Positions 1 through 9,347 of a stretch of 64,000 nucleotides of DNA are shown here, in pieces. A model generated the notes under the pieces. It was not told where the DNA came from and ran no database searches. It saw only the letters and a program-made list of their open reading frames with translations. The position numbers and the translations under genes are program-made. Position 1 is the first letter of the stretch. Every line of letters begins with the position of its first letter. Source of the stretch: an uncultured Verrucomicrobiae bacterium (GTDB lineage Bacteria; Verrucomicrobiota; Verrucomicrobiia; Limisphaerales; Palsa-1400); NCBI GenBank assembly GCA_963702845.1, contig OY969763.1, positions 5,120,001 to 5,184,000 on the forward strand. The letters run 5' to 3'.

Positions 1-1199
1 GCCATTTTCAACGGCCGCTTTACGATTACCGCAAAGTGTGGAAAACGTTCACCGACGCCACCGCCTCGCGCATGGAACAAGCCGACCTCAGCAGCGCCGT
101 TGCGAAAATGTTGTCGGAACTGTTCCAAGCCCTTTCGGTGACCTTGTGGAGCGTCGACGAACCGAACCAAGCCATCACCTTCGCCGCCTCGACGTCACTC
201 TCTCAGCAAAGCAGCGAAGCGATTCGGCCCGCCCGTGAAGAAGCGTCCGCGATCATTGCTGCGATGCGTGCCAATCCCGATCCGCAGGATATCGACGCGT
301 GCAACGACAATTGGGCCGCGACCTTACGCCGTTGTCACCCCAACCAATTTAAACAAGGCGGCCATCGCGTGGTCGTTCCGATGAGCGCAGGCGGCGAACT
401 TCTCGGGATTATTATTCTGGGCGACCGCGTCAGCGAAGTGCCGTTCGCGCTACAGGATTTTGAATTGCTCAAAAGCATCGCCGATCAAACCGCGGCCAGT
501 CTGCGCAACATCCAGCTGTCGCAACGCCTCGCGCAAGGCAAAGAAATGCAAGCGTTCCAAACCATGTCGACTTTCTTCGTACATGATTTGAAAAACACCG
601 CGTCCACGTTGTCGTTGATGCTCCAGAATCTTCCTGTTCACTTCAACGACCCGGCCTTTCGCGAAGACGCCCTGCGTGGCATTGGCAAAACCGTCAATCA
701 CATCAACGACCTCATTCGCCGCTTAAGCATGTTGCGGCAGGAAATGAACGTTCGCGCCGTCGAGACCGACCTCAATAAACTTGTGCAGGACGCATTAAAA
801 TGTGTTGAAGGCGCTCCCGGCATCGAAGTCTTCTCTAACTTTGCTCCACTGTCTCCAATAGCGATCGATCCGGACCAGGTTCAAAAAGTAATCACCAACC
901 TGATGCTCAATGCGAAAGAAGCAATGAGCTCCGGCAAGATCCAGGTCCAGACCGCACAACAAAATGGTTGGGCGGTCATCACGGTAATCGACACGGGCGC
1001 GGGCATGACTCCGGAGTTCATGAGCAAGCAACTCTTCCGCCCGTTTCAAACTACCAAGAAACAAGGCATCGGAATCGGCATATTCCAGAGCCGCATGATC
1101 GTCGAAGCGCACGGCGGCCGCATGGAAGTCCAGAGCGAACTCGGCAAAGGCACAACGTTTCGCGTTTTATTACCGGTCAAAGCCAAACCGACAGCCTAA
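1..1199 (+). CDS. prsK: PEP-CTERM system GAF-domain sensor histidine kinase (5' part lies outside the window)
   Basis: Frame is open from the window edge (HFQRPLYDYRKVW...). GAF-like region, H-box FFVHDLKN, N-box NLMLNA, DTGAG and FQTTKKQGIGIG ATPase motifs match PrsK-type kinases. Confidence 0.8.
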   Translation, partial: HFQRPLYDYRKVWKTFTDATASRMEQADLSSAVAKMLSELFQALSVTLWSVDEPNQAITFAASTSLSQQSSEAIRPAREEASAIIAAMRANPDPQDIDACNDNWAATLRRCHPNQFKQGGHRVVVPMSAGGELLGIIILGDRVSEVPFALQDFELLKSIADQTAASLRNIQLSQRLAQGKEMQAFQTMSTFFVHDLKNTASTLSLMLQNLPVHFNDPAFREDALRGIGKTVNHINDLIRRLSMLRQEMNVRAVETDLNKLVQDALKCVEGAPGIEVFSNFAPLSPIAIDPDQVQKVITNLMLNAKEAMSSGKIQVQTAQQNGWAVITVIDTGAGMTPEFMSKQLFRPFQTTKKQGIGIGIFQSRMIVEAHGGRMEVQSELGKGTTFRVLLPVKAKPTA

Positions 1200-1203
1200 C
1201 AGA

Positions 1204-1920
1204 CTAACCCCACTTTTCGGTCTTCATCTGCTCCTTCGGAACCTTTAGTTCCTTCAGCACCAGATTTTCCGTGGCCTCAACCAAAGCATTCGGACCGCAC
1301 GCGTAGAAGACCGTGTTCGGCAAGTCCGTGGCGTGGCTGCGGACCCAATCGGCGTCGATGCGACCGCGCCGGCCGTCCCAGGGATGAGAGGCGTCCAAGC
1401 GCGTGCAAGTGACGTGGAATTTAAAATTCGGATTCTCCTGTTCAAGCTTGCGAAATTCTTCGTTGAAGATGACATCCGTCGTCGTCCGCACGCTGTAGAG
1501 AACGCTAATTTTGGTCTCCAACTTGCGGCGTGTCGCTTCGCGAACGAAACCGCGGAAAGGTGTCACACCAGAACCGCCGGCGATGCAGATCAAATGTTTG
1601 TTCGGTTCGAGCACCGGAAGAAAACGGCCGACCGGCGGAATCACCCAAAGCTTTTGGCCGGTCTTAACCCAGTCGACAAGACGCGTGCCCATTTTGCCAT
1701 CGCGCTTGACGGTGATTTCGTAGCAACCGCGGTCGAGGGCGCAGGAGGAAAGTGAGTAGGCGCGTTTGTATTCGGGGGCGTCGGCGAAATAAACTGTGAT
1801 GAACTGACCGGTTTTGAATTCAACGTCGTAACCGTCAGGCCATTGCAGGCGCAAAGTTTTCGTATCCGGCAACTCCATGGTTGCCGCGTCGACTAACATT
1901 TCTACGATCTGTTTTGCCAT
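1204..1920 (-). CDS. Ferredoxin-NADP reductase family FAD/NAD-binding oxidoreductase
   Basis: RAYSL FAD motif, IAGGSGVTP NAD motif, YACGP and C-terminal EKW. Start placed at ATG 1920 (MAKQIVE). Confidence 0.85.
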   Translation of the reverse strand: MAKQIVEMLVDAATMELPDTKTLRLQWPDGYDVEFKTGQFITVYFADAPEYKRAYSLSSCALDRGCYEITVKRDGKMGTRLVDWVKTGQKLWVIPPVGRFLPVLEPNKHLICIAGGSGVTPFRGFVREATRRKLETKISVLYSVRTTTDVIFNEEFRKLEQENPNFKFHVTCTRLDASHPWDGRRGRIDADWVRSHATDLPNTVFYACGPNALVEATENLVLKELKVPKEQMKTEKWG

Positions 1921-2094
1921 AGGACACGCCCTGCAATAGGCGAAAAAGCAGGATAGGTAGGAATCAAAACCTGTAAAGGCGGAATGTGTGGGTAAAAAGA
2001 AAATTCGAAACAAACCCCAATTTTCAAATATTCAAATCGGCTGAACAAAGCAACGTTTCGGATTTCGGATTTCGAATTTGGGCGGCGGGGAAGG

Positions 2095-2178
2095 TGGTGC
2101 GCGAGAGAGGACTTGAACCTCCACCCCTTACGGGACCAGATCCTAAGTCTGGCGTGTCTGCCATTTCACCACTCGCGC
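2095..2178 (-). tRNA. tRNA-Leu(TAG)
   Basis: Reverse complement GCGCGAG...CTCGCGC-A-CCA acceptor stem, anticodon arm CCAGA-CT-TAG-GA-TCTGG, long variable arm and GGTTCAAGTCC T-arm. Confidence 0.96.
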
Positions 2179-2452
2179 AAAATGAATAACGAGAGTATCT
2201 CAGGGTTGGTCCTGAATCAAGGAGGGGAAAGAAAAGGTATTCAGTTCAGTCCGTTTGATCTCGTTTACTACGGTTGGGTGCGGTTTACTGCGGATAGCTG
2301 TGGGAGTGAACGTGACGACGGGGGAGACCCCCACCCTTCCCGGGGTGTACAGCCGTTACATCGTTACAACCCTTGTAAACATTGGTGATTTTTTCGTTTT
2401 TACCCGTTACAAAAGCCGTTACAGACCCTCTGCGGAGGCGTAACAAAATCAA

Positions 2453-2489
2453 ACAAAAAAGCCCCTCCCGATTTTCTCAGGAGGGGCTT
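2453..2489 (-). terminator. Rho-independent terminator of the porin gene
   Basis: GCCCCTCC/GGAGGGGC stem followed by a T-run on the minus strand, ~20 bp after the porin stop. Confidence 0.8.
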
Positions 2490-2507
2490 CGAATTATCTA
2501 AGTCAGC

Positions 2508-3848
2508 TTAGAATTTGAAGACCAAGTTCGCCGCAACCATGACTGCGTTGCGTTCTGTGCCTTTGATCGAATCAATCTGGGCATCTTCGTTTTCAGCGGC
2601 AAAGGACTTGCCACCGAAGGCGTCAGCATTGCCGTCAGCCTGGTGGTCCCAACGGACTTCCAAACGGCTGATGACGTTCTGCCACAGGTCGTATTGCAAG
2701 GTGCCGGTGACGGCGATGACCTTGCGAAGCGGGTTACCACCAAAGCCAGTCTGGGGGTCACTGAAGTCGGTCGTGCTGCTGCCATTGAAGGCATCAGCCA
2801 AAGCGCCGAGGCCTGCGCCACGAGCGTATTCACCGCGCAGGTGGATGCTGGCTTTCTCGGACAGCTTGAAGGAAGCGTAAGCGGCAACCGCCGAGTTGTA
2901 GCCGGTATCAGCGCCAGCAACGTCCAGGTGACTAACGGAGTCCCAAGCCACGCCGAGGGTCAGGCCCTGGCAGGGAGTCTTGATCGTCGCGCCGACATAG
3001 AACTGAGTCTGGTTTTCGGCTGAAAAGCCAGTGCCGTTATTAATGTTGAAACCACCGCTGGCGCCAGGACCGTATTCGATACCAGCATACAGGCCGGAAC
3101 CACCGATCCCGCCCCAGCTTTCGGGAGCGGTCAGGTTGATCATGCCGATGTAAGCCTTCTTGGATTCAACGGTCGAGCCGAAGTCACCACTGGTGTTACG
3201 GGCGTTGATCGGACCTGTAGCTACGGTATTCGCGATGCCAGCGCTCAAAGCGAACGAGTCGCAGACTTTGTAGTCAGCAAGGACACCAGTCATTTCGGTC
3301 GGCTCGAAGGTATAACCGTAAGAACGGGTAAAGTTCGGGTCTTTGTAGCTGTCGGTGGATTCATAACCGAGCGGAGAATCAAAACGACCAATTTTCCAGT
3401 CGAGTCCGTTGCCGAGCGGCATGCGGAGATTCAGGTAGGCCTGGCGAACGTGTTCGGCAATGCTGCTGGAGAAGGTTGGGTTGCCAGCTGCGTTGACGCC
3501 GTTAACAGCGGCTTCACCGGTTGCGCCGGCAGTGTCAGGTCCAAACATCAAGTCAACCACGTAACCGGAAGACCATTGGCCTTCTTCGAGCGGTTTGGCG
3601 ATGTGAAGATCAACGGAGTCCAGGTTGAACCCGTCTTGTTTGCCTTTGTTGAATGCGAACGGCGCTGGGTTGAGGTTTCCGGTGCCCGGATTCCATTCCA
3701 TCGACGTATCGACATACCCACTAATGGTGGTTGCAGAGAGAGCGGTCAACAATGGGGTTGTCTTGGCTGCGTCATCTGCGCGGACTGCTGACGTCAGGCT
3801 GACGAGCCCAACGGCTGCCAGACCTAAAGTCCATTTATTAATTTTCAT
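2508..3848 (-). CDS. Outer-membrane beta-barrel porin (BBP2/DUF1597-like)
   Basis: Signal peptide, ISGYVD, VRQAY, GRFDSPLGYE, RLEVRWD and C-terminal Phe (LVFKF). Confidence 0.8.
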   Translation of the reverse strand: MKINKWTLGLAAVGLVSLTSAVRADDAAKTTPLLTALSATTISGYVDTSMEWNPGTGNLNPAPFAFNKGKQDGFNLDSVDLHIAKPLEEGQWSSGYVVDLMFGPDTAGATGEAAVNGVNAAGNPTFSSSIAEHVRQAYLNLRMPLGNGLDWKIGRFDSPLGYESTDSYKDPNFTRSYGYTFEPTEMTGVLADYKVCDSFALSAGIANTVATGPINARNTSGDFGSTVESKKAYIGMINLTAPESWGGIGGSGLYAGIEYGPGASGGFNINNGTGFSAENQTQFYVGATIKTPCQGLTLGVAWDSVSHLDVAGADTGYNSAVAAYASFKLSEKASIHLRGEYARGAGLGALADAFNGSSTTDFSDPQTGFGGNPLRKVIAVTGTLQYDLWQNVISRLEVRWDHQADGNADAFGGKSFAAENEDAQIDSIKGTERNAVMVAANLVFKF

Positions 3849-4173
3849 CAAGTTCCTCCTACGATTTTTTCTATTCGTTTTTATGCGATTCTGCTGGGTA
3901 AAAACGGTTTACCCGCGCACCAAAAACGGTGCATTGAGGCGGACAATGGCAAAAACGGGTTTGTTTGACAACTAGTTTTTTTGGGTATTTTTGACTCAAC
4001 TAAGCCGTCAAATTCTCAGAATTGAAAGGTGTGCCTCTCCGGCGCGCCTAAAACAAGGACACAATTGGTCGTTAACTTGACATGTTTTGGGTCGTTCTCG
4101 CCGCTGATAAACCGAAAACATCCCGGGAATATCGAGGATGAGAATAAAGTGCGAGGACAAATGGGAGCGGGCG

Positions 4174-4833
4174 TCAACTTAACAACCAAAATGCCCCAAC
4201 CGCTAGTGCTGCAGTAGAACAACCCCACATCAGCTTGCGGTAGGCTGCAACTTTGTCTGTCAAACGATCAGCGACCTTGCCCATGCTTAACGCAAAAATG
4301 CCCATGGCCAGGACTGTGCCGACACCGTACGCCACCAGATATATAATGGCTTGCGTTTTTGTCGGCATCGCCAGCGAAGGCAAAATCGCAAGGAAATGAG
4401 AACTGCCCGCCAACCCGTGCAAAGTGCCGATGCCGAAAGCAGCGTGCGTGTGCACATGGTGACTCGGTGTATGCGTTTTCCCGGGCGCGTGCATATGTAT
4501 ATGCTCGTGTTGCTCGCCGTCATGGCCGTGTTCGTGAGCATGAATGCGCAGTGCAGCGCGGAATCCCCACAAGGCAATTCCGATCAGCATCACACCGACA
4601 AGACGTTCGCTCCACGAAGAAATCAAATCAATCGGCAACAATCCGCGCAGACAAAGTGATAAGACGCCGACGAACAATACACCGGAGGCATGGCCCGTTC
4701 CCCAGCGGATGCCATTGCCCCACGCGCGCGTCGGAGCTTTAGCCGCCAAAGGCGCAATCGCGGCAAGATGATCCGGCCCGGACAGGACGTGGATCAATCC
4801 GGCGATGAACCCAGTCAATAGAACGATAACCAT
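4174..4833 (-). CDS. Nickel/cobalt transporter (UreH/HoxN-like) with His-rich loop
   Basis: HVLSGPDH motif, His-rich loop HAHEHGHDGEQHEHIHMH, GTLHGLAGS and about 6 TM helices. Confidence 0.8.
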   Translation of the reverse strand: MVIVLLTGFIAGLIHVLSGPDHLAAIAPLAAKAPTRAWGNGIRWGTGHASGVLFVGVLSLCLRGLLPIDLISSWSERLVGVMLIGIALWGFRAALRIHAHEHGHDGEQHEHIHMHAPGKTHTPSHHVHTHAAFGIGTLHGLAGSSHFLAILPSLAMPTKTQAIIYLVAYGVGTVLAMGIFALSMGKVADRLTDKVAAYRKLMWGCSTAALAVGAFWLLS

Positions 4834-4905
4834 GGTTTGTCTGGGCGAAGGTAATGTGGAAGGAGCGACTGCGCCAACAAATTAAAAAAGTTCAAACTCC
4901 GATCG

Positions 4906-5012
4906 AAACTTCAAACTTCAGAGAAACTTCAAGATCCAAGCATTCAAGTTCCAAACCTTTGACGGCACCATGCCTTGCTTGGAATTTTGAGCTTCTCTGA
5001 AGTTTGGAGTTT
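4906..5012. repeat. Imperfect inverted repeat built from AAACTTC heptamers
   Basis: AAACTTCAAACTTCAGAGAAACTTCAAGATCCAAGC pairs with GCTTGGAATTTTGAGCTTCTCTGAAGTTTGGAGTTT. Confidence 0.7.
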
Positions 5013-5088
5013 TTCCGGGACGTGCCACGAAATCGCCTATCGTCAAAATTTCCTTTAGCGTCCCATCTGTAATCAGTAGTTTATCGCC

Positions 5089-5457
5089 ATGCAGTTTCAG
5101 ATCATCTTCAATCCCATCAGCGCCTCCGAACTCGCGAAGATGCCGCGCGAGCTGCAGCTTAATATACTAGGTGAATTTCGCGGCTTACCCCACGAAGTCC
5201 TGACCAGTGACCTGGAACATTTCGGCAAATTGGAACGGCACGGCAAAATCTTGCACCGCTTTCGTCTCGGTGATTACCGAGTCTATTTCGAACGTCACGA
5301 CCTGGGGGTCGTCGTCCACCGCATCCTCAGCCGCAACACGCTGAAAGATTTTTTGTTCCGCTCGAGCTTGCCGACGGGTGAGGACAAAGTGTTGGAAGAA
5401 AACCCGAAATTCTGGGAACTGATCGAAGCCTCCAAGGTTAGTTCAGAGAAGAATTAA
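5089..5457 (+). CDS. RelE/ParE-fold protein with C-terminal extension (no adjacent antitoxin)
   Basis: FQIIFNPISASELAKMP and LHRFRLGDYRVYFE resemble the RelE/ParE core. Confidence 0.65.
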   Translation: MQFQIIFNPISASELAKMPRELQLNILGEFRGLPHEVLTSDLEHFGKLERHGKILHRFRLGDYRVYFERHDLGVVVHRILSRNTLKDFLFRSSLPTGEDKVLEENPKFWELIEASKVSSEKN

Positions 5458-5507
5458 ACCACCAAGTCACCAAGAAGCCTTGTTTTCCTTTGTGTCTTGG
5501 TGGTTTA
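5455..5507. terminator. Palindrome between convergent genes, probable bidirectional terminator or REP
   Basis: TAAACCACCAAG ... CTTGGTGGTTTA inverted repeat spanning both stop codons. Confidence 0.6.
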
Positions 5508-6128
5508 AGCCGGCACGTCTTCACCTAATTCAACATTCCAGTACGCCAAATCGAGGAAGTGCTTCCAGCTGTCGTGCTGGTGGAACCCAAGGTTGACCTG
5601 CACAAATGGTCGCCACTTCGGTCGCTTCGGCTTACGGACCAGATGTATGCCGGCTTCCTGCGGAGTGCGATTGGCCTTCTGCGTATTGCAAGGGATGCAA
5701 GAGCAGACGATGTTTTCCCAAGTCGTCGGACCGCCGCGATCACGCGGAATAACATGGTCGAGGTTGAGGTCTTTGCGATCGAACACAATACCGCAATATT
5801 GGCAGGTGTTACGGTCGCGTTCGAAAATGTTGTGCCGGGTGAACTTAACTTCCTTCTTTGGAAGGCGATCAAACATCAACAGCAGAATGACTCGCGGCAC
5901 GCGAATGCGGAATGACACCGTGGAAATGCTCTCCGGGTGCGGCGCCTTATCGGAAAAATCGCGCCATTGATTGAAATTGTAGGTTTGGAAAACACCTTCG
6001 TCGTCGCCAAGCACAACCTGAGCGTGACCCTCGAAGACGAGAGCTAATGCACGACGGGCTGTGCAGATGTTGACCGCTTGCCACAAGCGGTTGAGCACAA
6101 GCACGTGTTGATTAAGGAACGTGTTCAT
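5505..6128 (-). CDS. HNH endonuclease (McrA-like)
   Basis: VLVLN N-terminus; RDRNTCQYCG, LDHVIPRDRGG and WENIVCSCIPCNTQK motifs. Confidence 0.9.
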   Translation of the reverse strand: MNTFLNQHVLVLNRLWQAVNICTARRALALVFEGHAQVVLGDDEGVFQTYNFNQWRDFSDKAPHPESISTVSFRIRVPRVILLLMFDRLPKKEVKFTRHNIFERDRNTCQYCGIVFDRKDLNLDHVIPRDRGGPTTWENIVCSCIPCNTQKANRTPQEAGIHLVRKPKRPKWRPFVQVNLGFHQHDSWKHFLDLAYWNVELGEDVPA

Positions 6129-6325
6129 GAACAATCTGCCAAAAGATTACACAGCCCCTATAGGGGTGTCAACGCGGGCAATAACGTTATCGGTCGGCCC
6201 TTTTAGCCAAATTAACCGGATTTTCGCGATTGAAGCATTTTCGGAATTCAGCTTCGGTTTGTCATAGAACCGGTTTGTGTAATGGTGGTTTGAGGAATTA
6301 GAGTAGCCGTTCCTAACGGAACAAC

Positions 6326-9232
6326 ATGCAATCCAACGTCCTGTCGAAAGCAATCGAAACGTGCGCCGACCCAAATCGCGCGCAGTCCGTTATTGATCGA
6401 CTGGCGGAAACCAGTGCGGCCTCGCTGCTGAAAAAACTCAAAGTGGATCAAGCTAATATTATTTGCGCGCTGCTCGCCGGTTCAGCGGCTTCGGGCGAAC
6501 TGCTCGTCGCGCATCCGGATTGGCTGCCGGCCTTATTGGAACCCGGCGCGCTTGATCGTCCGCGTCTTGCTCAAGGTTTGAAACGGGAGGTGGAGAAATG
6601 GCTCAAGCCTTTACTCAAGTCAGATGATTACGCCTCCGCGTTTTCCACGCTTCGCGAATTCAAACAACGCGACATGCTCCGCATCGCTGCACGTGACCTG
6701 GCGCGCCTCGGCGATACGACGGACGTCATGCTGGAGTTGTCCAATCTCGCCGATGTCTGTGTTGAGGCCGTTTATCAAATATGTTGGCAACAGCTCACAC
6801 AGCGTTTCGGTTCTCCCTACCATTTGGATGCCGATGAATGCTGGCAAACGACCACCTTTTGCACCATCGGTCTCGGCAAACTCGGGGGACAGGAGCTGAA
6901 CTACAGCTCGGACATCGATGTCATATTTATATATAGCGACGAAGGCTACGTCTTCAAAACGCCGCCGCACGGCGCTGGGCAGACCGGCAAAGGCCTGAAT
7001 AACCACCAATTTTTCACGCGTCTGTCAGAGGCGATTGTTGCGGAAATTGGCAAACTCACGTCGGAAGGAACGTTGTTCCGCATCGATTTGCGATTGCGCC
7101 CCGAGGGCAACGCTGGTCCGCTAGCGCGTTCGCTCGACAGTTACGAAAATTACTATGCGCAATGGGGACAAACGTGGGAGCGCATGATGCTCATCAAGGC
7201 GAGACCGGTTGCGGGCAATGTTTCTCTCGGCATGGAGTTTGTCGAAACGATTCATCCGTTTCGTTACCCGCGTTCCATCAGCGGACGCACCTTGCAGGAA
7301 ATCGCGGCGGTAAAAAAACGCATCGAGATTGAGGTGGTCAAAAGCGGCGAGCTGGATCGTAACGTGAAACTTGGGCGCGGCGGCATTCGCGAAATCGAGT
7401 TCATCGCGCAGACATTGCAAATTCTGCACGCCGGCCACACGCCGTTTCTCCAGGGATCACAAACCTTGCCGACGTTGGAAAAGCTCAACCAATACCAGCA
7501 TCTCAAGCGCCCTGAGGTCCAGGAGCTCGCTGACGCCTATCTATTCTTGCGCGATCTGGAGCATCGCCTACAGATGGAAGCGCACCAGCAAACGCACACC
7601 ATCCCGACGGAGCGAAAAGCGCGTGAGCGTTTGGCGCGACTGATGGGTTTCGAAACGCTGGTGAAATTTGAGAAAGCGCGCGCCGATCATTCCGGTCGGG
7701 TGCGCGCGATTTATGAAAAAGTCCTGGGCGTTGACGGCGATTCTCAAACAAAGCCGTTGCCCGATGACGACGACGAGCGCGCGTGGAAAAAATTGCTCGC
7801 CGAACACGCGTTTTGCGATCCCGACCAGGCGCTCAAGATGGTCCACGTGTTTTTGCGCGGCCCAGGTTACGTCCATGTCTCAGCGCGGACGGTTGAACTG
7901 GCGCGCCAACTGTTGCCCAAATTCCTCGCGCACTGCCCGCGGCAAGATCACTGGCCCGAGAATGCACTGTCAGATCCGGATCGCGTGCTGATGCGACTCG
8001 ACAGCTTCATCACCGCCTACGGCGCACGCGCGGTTCTTTACGAAATGTGGGCGCAGAAAGCGTCGTTGTTCGAATTGTTGCTGATGCTGTTCGATCGCTC
8101 AGAATTTTTGGCTGAGACAGCCATTCGCACGCCGGACCTCGTTGATGAACTCGAGGTCAGTGGACGCCTCCGCCGCTCGAAAGCTGCCGATGAAATTCTG
8201 AAAGATCTCCGCTACGGGTTGCAGGACGAAGACCAGCACGAATGGATTCGCCGCTATCACGAGGCAGAGTTCATGCGTATCGGCCTGCGCGAGATTCTTG
8301 GTCTCGCCGACTTCGAGCAAAACATGGTTGAGCTTTCCGCGCTGGCCCAGGCCTGCCTTCAATACGCCGTCGACGTTGTCACCGCAAAGAACAAGCTGAA
8401 GACGGTGCCCTTTTGCATCATTGGCCTCGGCAAACTCGGTGGCCAGGAAATCACCTACGGGGCCGACCTCGACATTGTTTTTGTCGCCGACGCGAAGACG
8501 AAGAATTTGCCTGCCCTGCAAAAAATGGCGACGCAGGTTCTTGACCTGCTTTCGAAGCAAACTGAACGCGGAATGGTTTTCGAGACGGACGCGCGTTTGC
8601 GTCCGGATGGCGAAAAAGGATTGCTCGTCAACACGCTCGATGCTTACGAAGAATATTACCGCAAACGCGCCGCGCTGTGGGAAATCCAATCTCTCACCCG
8701 CATTCGTCCGGTGGCCGGTGATATGCAGATTGGCGAACAGTTTCAGAAACTGGCGACCTCGTTATCTGATTTTTCAAAGCCGCAAAAAATCGCTGCCTAC
8801 ACGCCCGATTGGAAATCGCAGATCGCCAAAATGCGCCAGCGCATCGCCAAGGAACGCACTCCCCGCGGCGAAGAGGCGTTGGCGATCAAGACCGGCGAGG
8901 GTGGACTGGTTGACGCCGAGTTCATGGCGCAAGCGTACTGTCTCGAGTGCGGTTGGTCGGAGCCGAACACGCTCAAAGCTTTAACGCGCGCGAACGAAGC
9001 CAAACGGCTTCCGGATGGAGACAAATTCATCAAGAGCTACCGCGCCCTTCGTCGTATCGAATGCATTCTCCGCCGGTGGAGTTTCGAAGGTGAAACCACG
9101 TTGCCGAACGAAGACGCGCCGCTCTATCGCGTGGCCGTGCGGTGCGGATTTAAGACGATCGATGAGTTCATGAAACACGTCGCACAAATCCGCGGCGTCA
9201 TTCACAACAGTTACAAGGTTGTTTTCAAGTAG
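6326..9232 (+). CDS. glnE: Bifunctional glutamine synthetase adenylyltransferase/deadenylase
   Basis: Two nucleotidyltransferase halves: GLGKLGGQELNYSSDID / DLRLRPEG and GLGKLGGQEITYGADLD / DARLRPDG. Confidence 0.95.
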   Translation: MQSNVLSKAIETCADPNRAQSVIDRLAETSAASLLKKLKVDQANIICALLAGSAASGELLVAHPDWLPALLEPGALDRPRLAQGLKREVEKWLKPLLKSDDYASAFSTLREFKQRDMLRIAARDLARLGDTTDVMLELSNLADVCVEAVYQICWQQLTQRFGSPYHLDADECWQTTTFCTIGLGKLGGQELNYSSDIDVIFIYSDEGYVFKTPPHGAGQTGKGLNNHQFFTRLSEAIVAEIGKLTSEGTLFRIDLRLRPEGNAGPLARSLDSYENYYAQWGQTWERMMLIKARPVAGNVSLGMEFVETIHPFRYPRSISGRTLQEIAAVKKRIEIEVVKSGELDRNVKLGRGGIREIEFIAQTLQILHAGHTPFLQGSQTLPTLEKLNQYQHLKRPEVQELADAYLFLRDLEHRLQMEAHQQTHTIPTERKARERLARLMGFETLVKFEKARADHSGRVRAIYEKVLGVDGDSQTKPLPDDDDERAWKKLLAEHAFCDPDQALKMVHVFLRGPGYVHVSARTVELARQLLPKFLAHCPRQDHWPENALSDPDRVLMRLDSFITAYGARAVLYEMWAQKASLFELLLMLFDRSEFLAETAIRTPDLVDELEVSGRLRRSKAADEILKDLRYGLQDEDQHEWIRRYHEAEFMRIGLREILGLADFEQNMVELSALAQACLQYAVDVVTAKNKLKTVPFCIIGLGKLGGQEITYGADLDIVFVADAKTKNLPALQKMATQVLDLLSKQTERGMVFETDARLRPDGEKGLLVNTLDAYEEYYRKRAALWEIQSLTRIRPVAGDMQIGEQFQKLATSLSDFSKPQKIAAYTPDWKSQIAKMRQRIAKERTPRGEEALAIKTGEGGLVDAEFMAQAYCLECGWSEPNTLKALTRANEAKRLPDGDKFIKSYRALRRIECILRRWSFEGETTLPNEDAPLYRVAVRCGFKTIDEFMKHVAQIRGVIHNSYKVVFK

Positions 9233-9347
9233 CCTCGCGCTGAACAGAGCGAACATGATTTATGTCAAACAATAAACAGCCAGCAGTTCGTCTAATTTAC
9301 AGAGTGTTTCCTGTGGATTTTTGATGAACAGCAATTAAGATTTTTTT

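Noticed and set aside
2000..2178. tRNA-Leu as an integration site
   Set aside because: No duplicated tRNA 3' end and no integrase seen in the window.
3916..3933. NtrC-like site GCACC-N6-GGTGC upstream of the porin
   Set aside because: Spacer is one base longer than the NtrC consensus and no clear sigma54 promoter accompanies it.
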